Positions 60,901-64,000 of a stretch of DNA of 64,000 bases are shown here, one piece after another. The stretch spans positions 2,758 to 66,757 of the forward strand of contig CAIVRE010000020.1 of assembly GCA_903908245.1 (NCBI GenBank), given 5' to 3'. Position 1 is the first letter of the stretch. Every line of letters begins with the position of its first letter. Source of the stretch: Candidatus Omnitrophota bacterium. Lineage in GTDB: Bacteria > Omnitrophota > Gorgyraeia > Zapsychrales > Fredricksoniimonadaceae. The notes under the pieces are model-generated. The model was not told where the DNA came from and did no database searches. It saw only the letters and a list, made by a program, of their open reading frames with translations. A program made the position numbers and the translations under genes.

Positions 60901-61316
60901 CGGATCTTGATGAACGGCTGAGAACCGCCTTTGGCAAGCACATCAAGATTAGAGTGAACCTTTGTGTAAAGCTTGATCAGGCTCTTCTCAACATCTTCAC
61001 CAACCTTAAACCGGACGGTGATAACCGCGCCTTCAGCCTGAGTAATGGAATAGACATACTCAACGCCATTGATCTCCCAAAGCTTGCGTTCACCAACGTT
61101 GACGATACGACGTTCGACCTCTTCCGCCGTAGCCCCCGGATAGGAAACAAAAATATCAAACATCGGCACGGATATCTGCGGCTCCTCTTCCCTCGGCAGG
61201 TTGATGACGGCCATCACACCCAGAAAGATCGAAAAGCCGATAATAAGGGGCGTGACCTTTGACTTAACAAAGACCCCGACAACCCGGGCGATAAAACCTT
61301 CTTGCGGTGTGCTCAT
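57981..61316 (-). CDS. RND-family efflux permease
   Basis: 1111 aa; PREEEPQI, GILVDDPIV, GIVVRNSIILVDF, RFRPMLLT. Confidence 0.93.
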   Translation of the reverse strand: MSTPQEGFIARVVGVFVKSKVTPLIIGFSIFLGVMAVINLPREEEPQISVPMFDIFVSYPGATAEEVERRIVNVGERKLWEINGVEYVYSITQAEGAVITVRFKVGEDVEKSLIKLYTKVHSNLDVLAKGGSQPFIKIRSIDDVPVMTLTFHGEKADQVRLRKVVSDVQNSISAIPDVSETGITGGRKRQFHVYLDEAKLNERFLNPLEISRLIQQANVKTSAGHLESSPELVNVEADGFFRSKEDLENLVISVSQGGQVYLKDIARIVDGPDEEENAVDIRFGAADKSSAKGPFDAVTLSVSKRKGSNASRLCEKILKRVEGLQGEVIPGDVTYTVTRNYGATADEKSNELLFHMLIAVVAVTLLMAFALGWRESGVVAIAIPMTLSLTLAGFYFLGFTLNRITLFALIFSIGILVDDPIVGVENIVRHLRMAKNKGRDLLDVTIEAFKEVQSPLILATLTVIAAILPMAFVSGLMGPYMRPIPIGASMAMVFSMMVAFVATPWAAYRILGHAQRQGKLKDHGEHGEQDDLLTRIYRSYMKPLIYSSKVRKGFIIVLLVMLAAAIMLVPLKLVKVKMLPFDNKNEFQVVLDMPEGASLDQTKAAINELATYISATPEVKNITAYVGTSAPYNFNGLVRYYFLRSKPWQADLQVNLVGKDERKRQSHAIATSVRSKVHEIVSKYNGHVQVAEVPPGPPVLSTLVLEVYGPTLEGQRKLAGDVEALFNSNSGVTDVDSYVGRQEKLDSLKIDKQKCSLNGVPVDSVAAIISGTIQGSKTDLAHLSGENEPLEIVMRLPKEKRETLDATLDMTVLSRFGNRIPIKDLVTVEKTFKDYTIYHKNLERVSYVIGDVQGRFDSPVYAMMDLNGGLEKLSLPEPKLEAQKKPDLLFTNQPETNDRWSIKWDGEWQITFEVFRDLGIAFAIVLILIFTLVVGWFQSFKTPFIIMLPIPLTLVGILPAHWMTGMFFTATSMIGMIAGAGIVVRNSIILVDFIELRVREGMPLEEAVIDAGAKRFRPMLLTAAAVVVGASVILFDPIFQGLALSLMAGEIASTLLARTAIPVVYYMVMRPKNGHSGLPKTSGSFLSRMKSSVQSMLAALGRLRVNPRRAK

Positions 61317-62695
61317 AGCCCGGCTCCTTCTGCTAATTTCTTCATTTCATCTTCATTGAGTTGACCGGTCAAGAAAAGCAATCGCGCCTCTGACAACCAA
61401 ATTCCCATCAAAGCCTTGTTATATGATTGTGCTGACTGTAAATAGGCCCGACGGACTTCTAACAGGTCCGCGATTGACTTGCGCCCTTCACTATAAAGCG
61501 GTACCACAAGGGTCACCGCCTCTTTTGCATCATCGGTCATGCCTTTTAGAACAGCCATGTTATCCCGGAGCGTGTCATAACGTGCGGTTTCTTCGGTAAT
61601 GTCGCGTCCGATAGAATCTTTGAGAATCTGAACATTGTGTTCCAGCTGATCTTTTCTGGCTTTCGCCTCTTTAACCCGTCCCTCACGCGAAGGATCAAAG
61701 AGCGGCAATTCAGCCTTAACGCCGACGGTATAGTTATTCCCGCCTGATTCTCCGACATTGTTCCTGTCATTGGTCGCATCACCAAATGCGCTTAAAGTCG
61801 GTAATACCGTCGATTTCTCACGGGACAGTTCGAAATCAAAAGCCTGAAGACGAGCGTTAAGCGAAGACAAATCAGGACGATTGGCCAATGCCATTTCCAT
61901 TAACTTCTGCTGATCCTGTAATGGCGCTTCTGCCTCTTTGATCGTACTGGTAAGCGTCCAGGCCTTATCCACTGACTCGCCCATCAAGATATTCAAAAGT
62001 GCTGTCATAGCGATCTTCTGACGAGCGATCTCATTCTTCATCCGCGTAAAATCGCCGAACATAACACGAGCTGAATAGTAGTCTGCGCCCAAAATCATGC
62101 CCTTGTCCTTCAGATCCTTTGCCTTTTGAAGATCATCATCAGAGTTCTTCTGCACCTCATTGATAATAGCTGATAGTTTTTCCAATGTCAGCGCGTTCAA
62201 ATAAGCGTCTTGCGCCATCAGCAGCGCTTCCATTTTTGTGTACACCTCATCCGCTTGGGATGCTTTCACAAACTCTCTGGCTGAACGCGCCCGACCAATC
62301 GTCTGCATGGCATCAAAGAGCGGCCATTCCGCATGAACCCCGGCAGAAAAGTCCTGATGATGGTCTGGCGTATTCAATCGCTTGAGATCAAAGTCAGCCG
62401 ATGTGAAACGTTCCTGACGAAGAAGCATGCCAAACACATTCACCGGATCATCGCTGACCTTATATCCGGCTGACAAGTCCAAAGAAGGCCAAAACCCTGA
62501 CTGTGCCTGCATCTTCTTTGCCAATGCAATATCAACATCGCTATGAGCGGCTTTAAGCTTTGGATAATACGCGAGAACTTTCTGGGAGAATGCCTGAAAC
62601 GATAAGGCGGGCGCGCTGGACGACACTTCACCGGCGAATGACGCCGTTGTAAAAAGGATTCCAGTAAAAACAGCCAAGAGTAGTCGAGATAGCAT
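61313..62695 (-). CDS. TolC-family outer-membrane factor
   Basis: Signal peptide; WPLFD, NRPDL, LPLFD repeats. Confidence 0.88.
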   Translation of the reverse strand: MLSRLLLAVFTGILFTTASFAGEVSSSAPALSFQAFSQKVLAYYPKLKAAHSDVDIALAKKMQAQSGFWPSLDLSAGYKVSDDPVNVFGMLLRQERFTSADFDLKRLNTPDHHQDFSAGVHAEWPLFDAMQTIGRARSAREFVKASQADEVYTKMEALLMAQDAYLNALTLEKLSAIINEVQKNSDDDLQKAKDLKDKGMILGADYYSARVMFGDFTRMKNEIARQKIAMTALLNILMGESVDKAWTLTSTIKEAEAPLQDQQKLMEMALANRPDLSSLNARLQAFDFELSREKSTVLPTLSAFGDATNDRNNVGESGGNNYTVGVKAELPLFDPSREGRVKEAKARKDQLEHNVQILKDSIGRDITEETARYDTLRDNMAVLKGMTDDAKEAVTLVVPLYSEGRKSIADLLEVRRAYLQSAQSYNKALMGIWLSEARLLFLTGQLNEDEMKKLAEGAGL

Positions 62696-62706
62696 CTTTA
62701 TTCTCC

Positions 62707-63624
62707 TTATAAAATACTTCGTACAACCAATAAAGAAACAACAGAGATCAGCACCCATAAGATAACGCCCTGGACAACCGGTTTTACTCCAACGGTCTTC
62801 AATGTTTCCCGAGACAAACCAGCCCCGATCAAAAATAGCGTAATCGTTAATCCGATCTTGGAAACATTTACAACCCCTGCATATACTACCTTAAAGTCAG
62901 GAAGAAACGTCACGATCAAAGATGCCCCAATAAACCCAAGAATAAAATACGGAAATTGTATCTTTACTGCCTTGTTCTTTACGGCGATCGCCGTCCCCAA
63001 AGCGACCGGAATGATCCATAAGGCCCTGGTCAATTTTACTGTTGTCGCGATCTTGAGGGCTTCATCTCCATATCGAGCCGCCGCGCCAACGACTGAACTA
63101 GTGTCATGGATCGCGATCGCTGACCACATCCCAAACTGTTTCATTGTTAACCCTAAATAATGCCCCATGGGCGGAAACAAAAAGAGCGCGACCGAATTAA
63201 GAATAAATACCGTACCAAGCGAGATCGCCACTTCGTTCTCATCCGCATCGATTACCGGAGCAATAGCAGCAATAGCGCTCCCACCACAGATAGCTGTTCC
63301 GGTAGCTATCAAATAAGATGTTTTCTTGTTTATCGACATCCATTGCCCGATTAGATAGCCAACGATCAATGTGCCAAGGATCGAAACAATCGTAAAAAGA
63401 ACACCCGTCTTTCCTGCATTAACAACCTCGCCAAAATTCAACCCAAACCCCAGCCCAATGACAGATACCTGGAGAAGATACTTAATAACCCGTCCGTTAA
63501 ACTGCTTAAACGGATGGCCCACCGTAAATGCTATAACCAACCCCAATGCCAGCGCCAACGGCGGTGACGCCCAGGGCGTCAAACAAAAGAAAAGACCAGC
63601 AATGAAAATTATCTGCGGCATCAC
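62707..63624 (-). CDS. YeiH/putative sulfate exporter family membrane protein
   Basis: GTAICGGSAIAA, AIHDTSSVVGA, TVKLTRALWI. Confidence 0.88.
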   Translation of the reverse strand: MMPQIIFIAGLFFCLTPWASPPLALALGLVIAFTVGHPFKQFNGRVIKYLLQVSVIGLGFGLNFGEVVNAGKTGVLFTIVSILGTLIVGYLIGQWMSINKKTSYLIATGTAICGGSAIAAIAPVIDADENEVAISLGTVFILNSVALFLFPPMGHYLGLTMKQFGMWSAIAIHDTSSVVGAAARYGDEALKIATTVKLTRALWIIPVALGTAIAVKNKAVKIQFPYFILGFIGASLIVTFLPDFKVVYAGVVNVSKIGLTITLFLIGAGLSRETLKTVGVKPVVQGVILWVLISVVSLLVVRSIL

Positions 63625-63625
63625 T

Positions 63626-64000
63626 TTACCCTTTTCGCCCGGTTACCAAGAAGACATCAAACACCCTGTCCTGGCCATCTGCCCCTGTCTTCTTCATTTG
63701 TGCGGCAGTCATAAAATGAACATCCGTGAATCCTGCGTCTACGAACAATCCACCAAGCTTCTCCCGGTTAAAGCCAAAATGAAAGACTCCGTCGTTATTA
63801 TCATGAAACCGACCACCTTCTTCATCCAGGTCAGCAATGGCGATCTGCCCGCCCGGAAGCAATGCCCCATAAAAATGTTCAAGAAGCTTTTGAGTATCTT
63901 TAACATGATGAAGTGTCATGCTGCTTACGACCGCATGATAATGATCGCCGACGACATCGCCCTTGGTTAAATCAAGATAACGCGTCTTAACATTATCTAC
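63626..64000 (-). CDS. Class I SAM-dependent methyltransferase (5' end outside window)
   Basis: SSMTLHHV, LLPGGQIAIADL, HFGF; frame open to the window edge. Confidence 0.75.
   Translation of the reverse strand, partial: VDNVKTRYLDLTKGDVVGDHYHAVVSSMTLHHVKDTQKLLEHFYGALLPGGQIAIADLDEEGGRFHDNNDGVFHFGFNREKLGGLFVDAGFTDVHFMTAAQMKKTGADGQDRVFDVFLVTGRKG

Larger units (their letters stand above)
49583..64000 (-). mobile_element. Integrative satellite/genomic-island-like element inserted at the miaB 5' end (far boundary not seen)
   Basis: LSR overlapping miaB, Xis-like HTH, primase-polymerase, iterons, cos-like site, accessory cargo. Confidence 0.75.

Noticed and set aside
49583-64000. Intact prophage
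   Set aside because: No terminase, capsid, tail or lysis genes in the visible part

Overview
Bacterial chromosomal segment with almost all genes on the minus strand. The gene content is compatible with a PVC-group or Omnitrophota-like organism, but this is inference only. It has three blocks. (1) 1-10.3 kb: an operon joining F-type T4SS core genes (traG-N-like, pilin, traL/E/K/B/V/C, a second TraV-like lipoprotein) directly to a secretin and PilM/N/O-like genes. (2) 10.3-49.6 kb: housekeeping genes (U32, fba, pilD, aroE, leuA, ilvC, pfkA, ahcY, metK, PTS-Ntr cluster, three tRNAs, frr/pyrH/tsf/rpsB, hisK-type PHP phosphatase, ispG/ispH, murB, SUF operon, lhgO, metW/metX, nadA, miaB). (3) 49.6 kb to the window end: an integrative element that appears inserted in the 5' end of miaB. 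It carries a large serine recombinase, an Xis-like HTH, a lambda-cos-like site, an iteron-like CTCAC cluster, an NrS-1-like primase-polymerase/ATPase, a non-coding array of 12 degenerate ~63-bp units with fixed promoter-like geometry, and cargo (two-component system, RND/TolC, YeiH, methyltransferase). This satellite-like element and its array are the most novel-looking signals. All calls are from reading motifs by eye; no database searches were run.
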